Below are positions 27,242-36,332 of a stretch of DNA of 64,000 bases, piece after piece. Source of the stretch: an uncultured Clostridia bacterium (GTDB lineage Bacteria; Bacillota; Clostridia; Oscillospirales; Oscillospiraceae); the NCBI GenBank assembly GCA_945482615.1, contig CALYRG010000002.1, forward strand, positions 3,605 to 67,604, in the 5' to 3' direction. The notes beneath the pieces are model-generated. The model was not told the origin of the DNA and did not search any database. It saw only the letters and a list, made by a program, of their open reading frames with translations. A program made the position numbers and the translations under genes. Position 1 is the stretch's first letter. Each line of letters begins with the position of its first letter.

Positions 27242-29137
27242 ATGAAAAAGAGATTTTTATGCCTGCTTCTGGCGGCTGTTGTGGCATTGACGCTGCTGTC
27301 CGGCTGCGCAGGCCAGCAGGCCAATCCCGGAAAAGAGGAAGACGACGGCAGAATTTCCATTACCATGTATCTGTGGGACCGCTCCATGCTGAAGGAGTTT
27401 TCCCCCTGGCTGGAGGAGAAATTTCCGGACATCCACTTCACCTTCGTCCAGAGCTTCAACACCATGGAATACTACAAGGATCTGCTCGCCCGGGGCGAGG
27501 AGTTGCCGGATATCATTACCTGCCGCCGGTTCTCCCTGAACGACGCGGCGCCCCTGGCGGAGCATCTCATGGATCTGAGTAGCACCGAGGTGGCGGGCAC
27601 CTTCTACTCCAGCTATCTGGAGGTGAACCGGGAGACCAGCGGTGCCATCCGGTGGCTGCCCATGTGTGCCGAGGTGGACTGCACCATGGCCAACAAGGAT
27701 CTGTTTGACCAGTACGGCATCCCCCTGCCTACCAACTATGCCGAGTTCGTGGCTGCCATAGACGCTTTCGAGGCGGTGGGCATCAAGGGCTATCAGACCG
27801 ACTGGGACTATGACTACACCTGTCTGGAGACCATGCAGGGCTGTGCCATCCCGGAGCTGATGAGCCTGGAGGGCACCCAGTGGCGCATGGCTTATGAAAG
27901 TGAGACAGCGGACAGCCAGGTAGGTCTGGATGATACTGTCTGGCCCAAAGTGTTTGAAAAATACGAGCAGTTCCTGAAAGACGTCCGCTTTGAGCAGGGG
28001 GATGAGGAGCTGAGGTTTTCCGCTACGATGGATCCATATTTTCAGGGAAAGACCGCTATGGTGCGCAATACGGCGGCTCTGGCGGACGACATCACGAATG
28101 AGCGGGGGATCACCAGCGTCATCCTTCCCTATTTCGGCGAGACCAGCGACGACAACTGGCTGCTGACCTATCCCATGTGCCAGCTGGCTGTGTCCAACAC
28201 CGTGGAGCAGGACGAGGCCAAGCGGAAAGCCGTGCTGGAAGTGCTGTCTGCCATCTTCAGCGAGGAAGGCCAGAAGCACGTGGCCGCCGGCACCTCCGTG
28301 CTGTCCTACAATAAGGAAGTGAACATCACCCCCACCCCGGCTCTGGCGTATGTGCAGGACTGCATCAACAGAAACCACCTGTATATGCGTCTGGCCTCCA
28401 CGGAGGTGTTCTCCATCTCCCAGGACGTGGGCCACAAGATGATGACCGGGGAGTATGACGCCCAGGCCGCCTATGATGCCTTCAACCAGCGCATCACCGA
28501 CTTCAAGGACCCGGACGCTGTGGAAGTGCTGTTCACCCAGGAGACCGCCTATTCCAACGACTTCACCGACCACGGCAGCGCTGCGGCCTCCTCCCTGATG
28601 AACACCATCCGCTCCTCCATGGAGGCGGATCTGGCCATCGGCTATTCCCCCACGGTCAGCACCCCCATCTACGCCGGGGACTACACCCTGCAGCAGGCCA
28701 AGTGGGTTCTGACCGCCAGAAACTCCGTCTACCGGGGGGAATACACCGGTGCCGAGGTGCGCCGGTTCATGGACTGGCTGGTGAATGTGAAGGAGGACGG
28801 CTCCAACCCCATCCAGCACCGCAATCTGATGCCCGTGACCAGTGGACTGAGCTACACCGTCACCGAGTATGAGCGGGGCAAGTTCCGCCTGGAGGAGATC
28901 ACCGTGGACGGCAAGCCTCTGGATGATGCCGCCGTCTACAGCGTGCTGCTGGTGGGCGCGGATACATTCCTGGAGCATCCCAACTTCTGCAACTGTCCCA
29001 TGCCCGCGGATCTGAAGGAAAAGCGGGAAGCCTACCTGATACACGATTTCTCCAGCCAGGAGTGCATGCAGGAGGCTCTGGAGAAAACACGTCAGTTCCT
29101 GGCGCCTTCGGAGTATGTAACCATCAAGCAGGGCTGA
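27242..29137 (+). CDS. Extracellular solute-binding lipoprotein with a C-terminal 5'-nucleotidase-C-like domain
   Basis: Lipobox LSGC; family 1 SBP motifs (LPDII, NKDLFDQYGIPLPT); C-terminal TGAEV...VTSGLSY..ITVDGKPLDD..YSV. Confidence 0.7.
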   Translation: MKKRFLCLLLAAVVALTLLSGCAGQQANPGKEEDDGRISITMYLWDRSMLKEFSPWLEEKFPDIHFTFVQSFNTMEYYKDLLARGEELPDIITCRRFSLNDAAPLAEHLMDLSSTEVAGTFYSSYLEVNRETSGAIRWLPMCAEVDCTMANKDLFDQYGIPLPTNYAEFVAAIDAFEAVGIKGYQTDWDYDYTCLETMQGCAIPELMSLEGTQWRMAYESETADSQVGLDDTVWPKVFEKYEQFLKDVRFEQGDEELRFSATMDPYFQGKTAMVRNTAALADDITNERGITSVILPYFGETSDDNWLLTYPMCQLAVSNTVEQDEAKRKAVLEVLSAIFSEEGQKHVAAGTSVLSYNKEVNITPTPALAYVQDCINRNHLYMRLASTEVFSISQDVGHKMMTGEYDAQAAYDAFNQRITDFKDPDAVEVLFTQETAYSNDFTDHGSAAASSLMNTIRSSMEADLAIGYSPTVSTPIYAGDYTLQQAKWVLTARNSVYRGEYTGAEVRRFMDWLVNVKEDGSNPIQHRNLMPVTSGLSYTVTEYERGKFRLEEITVDGKPLDDAAVYSVLLVGADTFLEHPNFCNCPMPADLKEKREAYLIHDFSSQECMQEALEKTRQFLAPSEYVTIKQG

Positions 29138-29174
29138 TGAACCCCACACATTCTGACGAAAGGAGGGCATTGCC

Positions 29175-31676
29175 GTGAAAAAACGATTGCTTGCACTGCT
29201 GCTGGCGATTGTGCTGGCCGTGGGTCTGATCTGGGCTAGCACATCCTACTTTTCCTTTGTCTCCCGGACGATTTATGACGAGAGCATTGCCCACCTTACC
29301 GAAATTTTTCATCAGGCGAATCAGGCGCTGTACAGTCTGGTCTCCGTCAACTGGAGCCGTATGCGCATGTGGGCGCCCTATCTGGAGACGGCCCAAAGCG
29401 AAGGGGATATTGTAGTCTATTTGAACCAGGCCCGGGAAGAATGCAATTTTACCAATTTCTTCTTCATCTCCCGAAACGGCGATTATATCACCCTGGATGG
29501 GAAGCGGGGCTACCTGGATCTGCAGGGACAGCTGGCAAATCTGATCCTGGACAGGGAACCGGTGGTTGCCAACTCCGTTGTTCCGGATCAGCCGGAAATC
29601 ATGGTATTTGCCATTCCCTCCACGCCGGGCAGCTTCCGGGATTTTTCCTACGAGGCCATTGCCGTCACCTATAACAACGCTGACCTGGTGGAGGCGCTGA
29701 AGATTTCCACCTTTGCCGGACAGGCCAGCACCTTTGCCGTGGTGCCCGACGGCCGGATTGTGGTGGACAACGGAAGCGCGAATATGGAGGATGTCCACAA
29801 CCTCTACGCGTTTCTGGACAAGTCCGGCGCCATGACCGAGGAACAGCTCGCCGCGCTTCGGGAGGATTTTCTGGCGGGCCGCTCCGGTGCGGCGGCCATT
29901 GCTATCGATGGCAAAGCCTACTATCTGGTGTATGAGTCCGCGGATTTCCAGGACTGGACGGTTCTGGGCATGGCGCCCGCTGATGTGGTCAATTCCAGCA
30001 TGAACAAGCTGCAGTCCACTACAATCATAGTGGTGTCCGGTATTGTTATTGCGATTGCGGTGATGACGCTGCTGTTTGTGGTTCAGCAGAACAGGCTGAA
30101 GCTGAAGCAGAAGGACAACGAGCTTCTGGCCCGGGATGAGCTGTTCTCCAAGCTGTCCATCAATGTGGACGACGTGTTCCTGATGCTGGATGCCCGGAAC
30201 CTTCGGGTGGACTATGCCAGCCCCAATGTTCAGAAGCTTCTGGGCATATCGGAGGATCAGGTTCGGGAGGATGTCCATGTCATCGAGCAGCTGGTACGCA
30301 GAAACGACGCCGCACACATGCTGGATCATCTTTCCGACATTCTCCCCGGCGAGCAGCTGGAATGGGACAGAGAATATGTCCATCAGGAAACCGGTGAAGT
30401 GCGCTGGTTCCATGTCGTCGCGTTCTGCAGCGACATTCAGGGCGAAAAGAAATACATTCTGGATCTGTCCGACCGGACAAAGGACAAGAAAATCAATCAG
30501 GCGCTGGAGGATGCGGTTCGCACCGCCGAAAACGCCAATCAGGCCAAGACCATCTTCCTGAATAACATGTCCCACGACATTCGAACCCCCATGAACGCCA
30601 TCATCGGCTTTACCAACATCGCGATGAAGCACAATCCCAGGCCGGAGGTATACAACTGCCTGCGCAAAATCAGCACCAGCTCCGAGCATCTGCTGACCCT
30701 CATCAACGATGTTCTGGACATCAGCCGCATCGAAAGCGGAAAAATCAAATATGCGCCTATTCCGGTGGATATTACCGCGGTGGCAGACACGGTGCTGAAC
30801 ATCATGCAGGGCTTCCTGTCCAATCGAAAAATTACCTTCCGCACGGAGCTTGCGGCAGTGGAAACCCCCTATGTGCTGGCAGATGCCGTACGCATCCGGG
30901 AAGTGCTGGTGAATATTCTGGGCAACGCGGTGAAGTTTACAGACGACGGCGGTACCATCCGCTTTGAAGTCAGCTACCTTCCCGGCACTGACGAGGGGCA
31001 TATTCTGGCCCGATATCGGATCTCGGATACCGGCATCGGCATGAGCGAGGAATTCGTCGGGCATATTTTTGATGAATTCTCTCAGGAGGAGACCAGCGCC
31101 CGGACACAGTACAAGGGCACCGGCCTGGGCATGGCCATCACCAAGCGGTATGTGGATCTGATGGGCGGCACCATTACCGTTGAAAGCAGGAAGGACGAGG
31201 GCTCCACATTCACGGTTGAGATTCCCCTGGAGCTGACAGACGGAAGCTGCATCCAGAAGCAGAATGCACCTGCTTCTCAGGCAGAGCTGGCGGGTGTGAG
31301 GATTCTGCTGGCGGAGGACAACGATCTGAATGCAGAAATCGCCACGACGCAGCTGGAGGAGCTGGGGATTCAGGTCACCAGAGCGGCCAATGGCCGGGAA
31401 GCCGTGGACCTCTTCGCGCAGAATCCGCCGGGCACCTTCGACATGATTTTCATGGATATTATGATGCCGGACATGAACGGCTACGAAGCCACCGGGGCTA
31501 TCCGCGCCATGCAGGATCGCCCGGACGCCTCCGGGATTCCCATCATCGCCATGACCGCCAACGCATTTGCCGAGGATGTGCAGGCATCGCTGGACGCGGG
31601 AATGAACGGCCATATTGCCAAGCCCATCGTCATGGACGAGGTAATCAAGGCCATTGTGGGAAACCTGGGCGCATAG
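29175..31676 (+). CDS. Hybrid sensor histidine kinase (extracellular sensor, PAS-like, HisKA, HATPase, receiver)
   Basis: FLNNMSHDIRTPMNAI, NILGNAVKFT, DTGIGMS, GTGLGM; receiver LAEDN..FMDIMMP..K. Confidence 0.92.
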   Translation: MKKRLLALLLAIVLAVGLIWASTSYFSFVSRTIYDESIAHLTEIFHQANQALYSLVSVNWSRMRMWAPYLETAQSEGDIVVYLNQAREECNFTNFFFISRNGDYITLDGKRGYLDLQGQLANLILDREPVVANSVVPDQPEIMVFAIPSTPGSFRDFSYEAIAVTYNNADLVEALKISTFAGQASTFAVVPDGRIVVDNGSANMEDVHNLYAFLDKSGAMTEEQLAALREDFLAGRSGAAAIAIDGKAYYLVYESADFQDWTVLGMAPADVVNSSMNKLQSTTIIVVSGIVIAIAVMTLLFVVQQNRLKLKQKDNELLARDELFSKLSINVDDVFLMLDARNLRVDYASPNVQKLLGISEDQVREDVHVIEQLVRRNDAAHMLDHLSDILPGEQLEWDREYVHQETGEVRWFHVVAFCSDIQGEKKYILDLSDRTKDKKINQALEDAVRTAENANQAKTIFLNNMSHDIRTPMNAIIGFTNIAMKHNPRPEVYNCLRKISTSSEHLLTLINDVLDISRIESGKIKYAPIPVDITAVADTVLNIMQGFLSNRKITFRTELAAVETPYVLADAVRIREVLVNILGNAVKFTDDGGTIRFEVSYLPGTDEGHILARYRISDTGIGMSEEFVGHIFDEFSQEETSARTQYKGTGLGMAITKRYVDLMGGTITVESRKDEGSTFTVEIPLELTDGSCIQKQNAPASQAELAGVRILLAEDNDLNAEIATTQLEELGIQVTRAANGREAVDLFAQNPPGTFDMIFMDIMMPDMNGYEATGAIRAMQDRPDASGIPIIAMTANAFAEDVQASLDAGMNGHIAKPIVMDEVIKAIVGNLGA

Positions 31677-31826
31677 CATCCGACAGCACAGAGCGGGAAA
31701 TAATCAGCAGATCCAGCAGGTGCCGGGCAATTTGGCCGGAATGGGCCGTTGTTGTGTCCCTGTGGGACAATTAAAAAGGGTTGGGTGCGCTGCGTATCTT
31801 GCAGCGCACCATTTTAATACTGTTAT

Positions 31827-31871
31827 CTAAGGAAGCTCTGAATAAATAGTCTTTATTCAGAGCTTCCCTAG
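31827..31871. mobile_element. Minimal IS5-like element: two 16-bp inverted ends with a 5-bp spacer
   Basis: CTAA|GGAAGCTCTGAATAAA-tagtc-TTTATTCAGAGCTTCC|CTAG. Confidence 0.5.
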
Positions 31872-31881
31872 AGCTGGATGC

Positions 31882-31950
31882 ATACAAGAGCAGCCTTTGA
31901 CCGAAAATATACCGCCCGATTGGAAGTGCCCTGTGCATGCACTCAGGCCG
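31882..31950 (+). pseudogene. Rubredoxin C-terminal remnant
   Basis: IQEQPLTENIPPDWKCPV resembles the P.DW.CP.C knuckle; next to a rubrerythrin locus. Confidence 0.45.
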
Positions 31951-31970
31951 GACGGCGGAAGGATCGTTTG

Positions 31971-32021
31971 GGACATATGTCAATAATTACAATTGACATA
32001 TGTCCATTACGGCATTATAAT
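31971..32021 (+). promoter_or_regulatory. Consensus SigA promoter with a double GACATATGTC operator
   Basis: TTGACA (31993)-17 bp-TATAAT (32016); GGACATATGTCAAT-N7-ATTGACATATGTCC. Confidence 0.75.
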
Positions 32022-32058
32022 GAAACCACAGGCAATCAATGAAAAGAGTGGAATTCTC

Positions 32059-32814
32059 ATGCCAAGACCTGTGAAATGCAGAAAAGTATGCCATTTCCCG
32101 CAAACACTGGAGTTTTCTCCGGTTGACGGTGCAGCCGAACAGGAACCGGTTATCATGACGGTAGACGAGTATGAAACCATCCGGCTCATCGACAAAGAGG
32201 CCCTCAGCCAGGAGCAGTGTGCGGCATTCATGCAGATTGCCAGAACAACGGTGCAGCGGATCTACGAAAGCGCCAGAAAAAAGCTGGCGGACTGCCTTGT
32301 GGATGGCCGTCCCCTGCGGATTGCCGGCGGCGATTACTGGCTGTGCAATGGACAGACCATCCATTGCGGCCACAATGGATGCCGTAAGCAAATGCATCAG
32401 CAGCAATGTCAGAAAGAAAAAGGAGAACGCATTATGAGAGTAGCCGTTACCTATGAAAACGGGCAGATCTTCCAGCATTTCGGTCATACCCAGCAGTTTA
32501 AGCTCTACGACGTGCAGGACGGAAAGGTGATGTCCTCTGAGATCGTTGATACCAACGGCACCGGCCATGGCGCTCTCGCCGGAATCCTGAGGGCCATGAA
32601 CGTAGACGCTCTGATTTGCGGGGGTATTGGCGGCGGCGCCCAGGCGGCGCTGGCTGCTGCCGGTATCCGGCTCTATGGCGGTGTGTCCGGCGATGCCGAT
32701 GCGGCAGCAGATGCTCTGGCTGCGGGAACACTTGCGTTTAATCCTAATGTCATGTGCAGCCACCATGGAGAACACCACCGGGAAGGCGGCTGCGGCAGCC
32801 ACTCCTGCGGCTGA
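32059..32814 (+). CDS. DUF134 HTH protein fused in frame to a NifB/NifX-family (FeMo-co binding-like) domain
   Basis: MPRPVKCRKV..DEYETIRLID..LSQEQCA..M.IARTTVQRIY; then MRVAVTYENGQIFQHFGH..ICGGIGGGA; His/Cys-rich tail. Confidence 0.8.
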   Translation: MPRPVKCRKVCHFPQTLEFSPVDGAAEQEPVIMTVDEYETIRLIDKEALSQEQCAAFMQIARTTVQRIYESARKKLADCLVDGRPLRIAGGDYWLCNGQTIHCGHNGCRKQMHQQQCQKEKGERIMRVAVTYENGQIFQHFGHTQQFKLYDVQDGKVMSSEIVDTNGTGHGALAGILRAMNVDALICGGIGGGAQAALAAAGIRLYGGVSGDADAAADALAAGTLAFNPNVMCSHHGEHHREGGCGSHSCG

Positions 32815-32898
32815 CCTTCAAAAGCTGTCCCGGCATCCCCATGGATGCCGCAGCATCTTTTTATATTACAATCCAATTTATGGAAGGAGCAAACAACA

Positions 32899-33552
32899 AT
32901 GGAAAAGTGGAAGTGCAGTGTCTGTGGTTACGTGCATGAAGGCCCCCTGGCAGAGGATTTCAAATGCCCCGTCTGCAAGCAGCCCGCCGGCAAGTTCGTG
33001 AAGATCGCGGACGCTAAGAATCCCTATGCGGGAACCAAGACAGAGAAGAACCTCTGGGAGGCCTTTGCCGGTGAATCTCAGGCCCGGAATAAGTACACCT
33101 ACTTTGCCTCCGTTGCCAAGAAGGCCGGTTACGAGCAGATCGCTGCCCTGTTCCTGCAGACCGCCGAGAACGAGAAGGAGCACGCAAAGCTGTGGTTCAA
33201 GGCTCTGGGTGAGCTGGGCGACACCGCCGAGAATCTGCTCCACGCCGCCGAGGGCGAGAATGCCGAGTGGACGGATATGTATGACCGTATGGCCCGGGAA
33301 GCCGACGAGGAAGGCTTCCACAAGCTGGCGGAGCAGTTCCGGGGCGTTGCCGCCATCGAGAAGTCCCATGAGGAGCGCTACCGCGCACTGCTGAAGAATG
33401 TGGAAACCAAGGCTGTGTTCGAAAAGAGCGGCGTCACCATTTGGGAGTGCCGCAACTGCGGCCATCTGGTGGTGGGCACCAAGGCGCCCGATGTGTGCCC
33501 CGTCTGCAACCATCCCCAGGCCTACTTCGAAGTCCGCAAGGAAAACTATTGA
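32899..33552 (+). CDS. rbr: Rubrerythrin with an extra N-terminal rubredoxin-like domain
   Basis: [12 protein letters not shown]; [27 protein letters not shown]; [14 protein letters not shown]. Confidence 0.9.
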   Translation: MEKWKCSVCGYVHEGPLAEDFKCPVCKQPAGKFVKIADAKNPYAGTKTEKNLWEAFAGESQARNKYTYFASVAKKAGYEQIAALFLQTAENEKEHAKLWFKALGELGDTAENLLHAAEGENAEWTDMYDRMAREADEEGFHKLAEQFRGVAAIEKSHEERYRALLKNVETKAVFEKSGVTIWECRNCGHLVVGTKAPDVCPVCNHPQAYFEVRKENY

Positions 33553-33576
33553 CAGGCATTTTCTTCTGAGTCAAAC

Positions 33577-33811
33577 GGGGCTGTTAAATAAATCCAAAAA
33601 AGCAGATTCTCTCCAACATTGGAAAGGATCTGCTTTTTTTGATGTCAGGGCTGTGGATAACTTTTGGGGGTACAAATGCGTAGACCAACCACATCCGCGG
33701 AGCAAAAATCGCCTTACTTGTTTATTCCCCTTTCTCGGAACCGTCTGTAGCCCCCGGTTGGCTTTTGTTCCTTCATTGGTTCTATGCTTGGATCGAACGA
33801 TTCATGCGAAG
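33577..33811 (-). mobile_element. IS1182-family 3' remnant with a terminal repeat
   Basis: Degraded LRMNRSIQA* ... GYRRFRERG..K; ends TTTAACAGCCCC; internal terminator hairpin at about 33596-33640. Confidence 0.55.
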
Positions 33812-33854
33812 CGATCACAACTGTGAGACTGACTTGGGAAGTTTTTTGCCTGCG

Positions 33855-33930
33855 TCCTATTTTGTTTGCGGAATTGCAAAGGCGTGATACCATAAGTTTT
33901 ACGAAATATTTGAATAAAGTAGGATTCCGT
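33855..33930 (-). pseudogene. AraC-family regulator C-terminal remnant
   Basis: TESYFIQIFRKTYGITPLQFRKQNR matches the SYF...F.K..G.TP..FR signature. Confidence 0.6.
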
Positions 33931-33937
33931 TTAACGG

Positions 33938-34399
33938 CTATTCGACTTCCACCAGCTCTTCCTTCAGTTCGCTGCTGCGGATCAGGAACCGGCGGATGGC
34001 AAACAGTCCGGCAATGCAGGCGATGCAGGCCAGATTGCTCCAGGGGTTGTCATGGCTCAGAACCACATGGCGGGTGATTGCCACCGTCAGAACCTCCAGA
34101 ATATTGGCGGGGGTGGTATCAATCAGCATCCGGACAAATTCCAGACCCACCACAATGGCCAGCAGATTGTGGAGCATGTGGCTCACGTCCGCAAAGTATT
34201 CCCCGCCGGAGGTGAACATGTGGTAGATCTCAATTCCCAGCGCGCCCAGCAGGGCGATAATGGTCATTATGGCGATAAATCGCTCGATCCAATGCAGCAC
34301 CCGGCGGAAGATGCTGTCCATCCGGTGGTCTCTCTTAGCAGTCTTCTGAAGATACGCCTGAACCTTCGGGTCCTCGGAATGGGGGGTATGATTGGCCAC
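33938..34399 (-). CDS. PsiE-like membrane protein
   Basis: Hydrophobic helices; VVGLEFVRML..ILEVL..AITRH; AGGAGG RBS with GTG start. Confidence 0.65.
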   Translation of the reverse strand: MANHTPHSEDPKVQAYLQKTAKRDHRMDSIFRRVLHWIERFIAIMTIIALLGALGIEIYHMFTSGGEYFADVSHMLHNLLAIVVGLEFVRMLIDTTPANILEVLTVAITRHVVLSHDNPWSNLACIACIAGLFAIRRFLIRSSELKEELVEVE

Positions 34400-34884
34400 T
34401 GGAAAAACCTCCTGATATGTATAATGTCATAATCATACACCATTTCTTCCCAGTGCGTAAGGGGCGGGCCGCTTTTTTTACACAGACCCGGCAAAATTTG
34501 TGCAATTTCCCGAAGGACACTCAGCTCTTCCCAGCCTCGCAATAGTACCGCCAGCCAGCCTCCGTCCGGACGCGACCCAGATCATCCGTGAAGGTCACAG
34601 CCTCCCGGGATGCCGGGGCCTGCGCAGGCAGTAAGGGCCCGGCAAAGGGTCATAAGGCGCACAAATCCCCTCAGGATGTGCTTCCTGAGGGGATTACGTT
34701 TTAAGGCCTTTCACCGTCTCATGCGGTTCGGCAGAATCCAATCAGGGGGTCTTGTCTTTCTCCCTGATTATACCACAGCTGCGGGAACAAAATAACGGAA
34801 ACCAGTCTTATTCTGATACGGCTGCCATCGCTTCTGCGTGGTTTTTACTCGCTGGGCGTACCCCGGCTTGAAGGTCACCGCTTT

Positions 34885-36318
34885 TTATACATTCTGTTCC
34901 GAATTCTGGGTGTTGCTGTAGTCGATCTGATACCGCTTAATGGCACCCCATCTGGTCTTCTTGCCCCGGTAGAACAGGACAGAGAACATGCGTGTCCACG
35001 CAAGAAGGAAGCGAAGGAAGATGTTCTCCGGAATACACAGCAGGAAGGCTTTGACAACATCCCGTTTCCGGACGCGAATTTCGCTCAGGAAGTTGCGCGC
35101 CAGGAACGAGATAATGGTGAGCATGGAACCGAACAGTGCATACACCAGGAACAGCGTAATCATATATTTCAGGTTCAGCAGGCCGAAGCAGTATGCCAGA
35201 ATCGTGATCAGAATACCAAGCAGCTCAATCACCGGAGACAGCAGCTCGTAGAGCAGATAATAAATATAGCTTCCGGAGGTAATCAGACTGACATGCTTTG
35301 TCATACTCTGCATTAGTCCAATATGCCAGCGCTTGCGCTGCTTCAGCAGATCCCGCAGACGTTCCGGCGCCTGGGTCCAGCAGACGGCCTCGTAGGCATA
35401 CTTGATGGCATAGGGGAGCTTATTGGCACGGTAGTAAGCATGGAGCTTTACAATCAGCTCCATGTCCTCACCCATAGAGCCCACCTGGTAGCCGCCCACA
35501 TTGATGACGGCATCCTTTCGGAACAATCCGAATGCGCCGGAAATAATCAGGTTGGCATTGAACTTATCCAGCAGAATCCGGGATGCCAGGAAAGAGCGTT
35601 CATATTCCAGCACCTGAAAGGCGGGAATCAGCTTCCGGGGCAGTCGCAGCTGCACCAGGCGTCCATCCTGGAAGACGCTGTCGTTGGAAATGCGGATCAT
35701 ACTGCCCACCGCCACCACGTTCTGGTTTTCCAGCACCGGGGTCGCAATTTTGGTGAGGGAATCCCGCTGCAGGATGGAATCCGCGTCCATGCAGACAAAA
35801 TAGGGATACTTCGCCGCGTTAATGCCCATATTGATGCTGTCAGCCTTACCGCCGTTCTCCTTGTTGATCAGGGTGATGGGAACACCGTTTACACGGCCCT
35901 CGTAAACCGAAACCTGATTTTTACAGGCCACCTGACGGCGGATGGGCCGCTGCACCTCGCGAAGCTGAAAGGTGTCGATGACAAGCTGAGCCGTGTTATC
36001 CTTGGAGCCGTCGTTTACCACAACAATCTCATAGGTGTGATAGTCCAGCTTTATCAGCGAGCGGATGGTCTGGGCAATGGTCACTTCTTCATTATACGCC
36101 GGAACAATGACGCTGATGGGAACGTAGTAATCGTGATGGATGGCATTGTGCAGCTGGCGCTTTTTGATGTCCGTAAACAGCTGATTACTGCCCACAATTA
36201 CAGAAGCAAACAGGAAGGTGGAATAGCCAGCCAGATAGAGGACAAAGAAAATTTCCGCAATGAACAGAATCTGCTTTACCGTTTCCACGGTGAAGACGCT
36301 GCGAAAAAAGTCTGACAT
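34885..36318 (-). CDS. Processive GT2 glycosyltransferase (IcaA/PgaC/cellulose-synthase-like)
   Basis: PAYNEE, NDGSKD, NGGKAD, DAD, GEDME, QRKRW; N- and C-terminal TM helices. Confidence 0.9.
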   Translation of the reverse strand: MSDFFRSVFTVETVKQILFIAEIFFVLYLAGYSTFLFASVIVGSNQLFTDIKKRQLHNAIHHDYYVPISVIVPAYNEEVTIAQTIRSLIKLDYHTYEIVVVNDGSKDNTAQLVIDTFQLREVQRPIRRQVACKNQVSVYEGRVNGVPITLINKENGGKADSINMGINAAKYPYFVCMDADSILQRDSLTKIATPVLENQNVVAVGSMIRISNDSVFQDGRLVQLRLPRKLIPAFQVLEYERSFLASRILLDKFNANLIISGAFGLFRKDAVINVGGYQVGSMGEDMELIVKLHAYYRANKLPYAIKYAYEAVCWTQAPERLRDLLKQRKRWHIGLMQSMTKHVSLITSGSYIYYLLYELLSPVIELLGILITILAYCFGLLNLKYMITLFLVYALFGSMLTIISFLARNFLSEIRVRKRDVVKAFLLCIPENIFLRFLLAWTRMFSVLFYRGKKTRWGAIKRYQIDYSNTQNSEQNV

Positions 36319-36332
36319 GTTTCTTCCTCCTC

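Noticed and set aside
33652-33660. Perfect DnaA box TGTGGATAA
   Set aside because: Single isolated box inside an IS relic; no cluster or dnaA context
34660-34760. 6S RNA, TPP or c-di-AMP riboswitch
   Set aside because: Only short partial resemblances; the core consensus elements are missing
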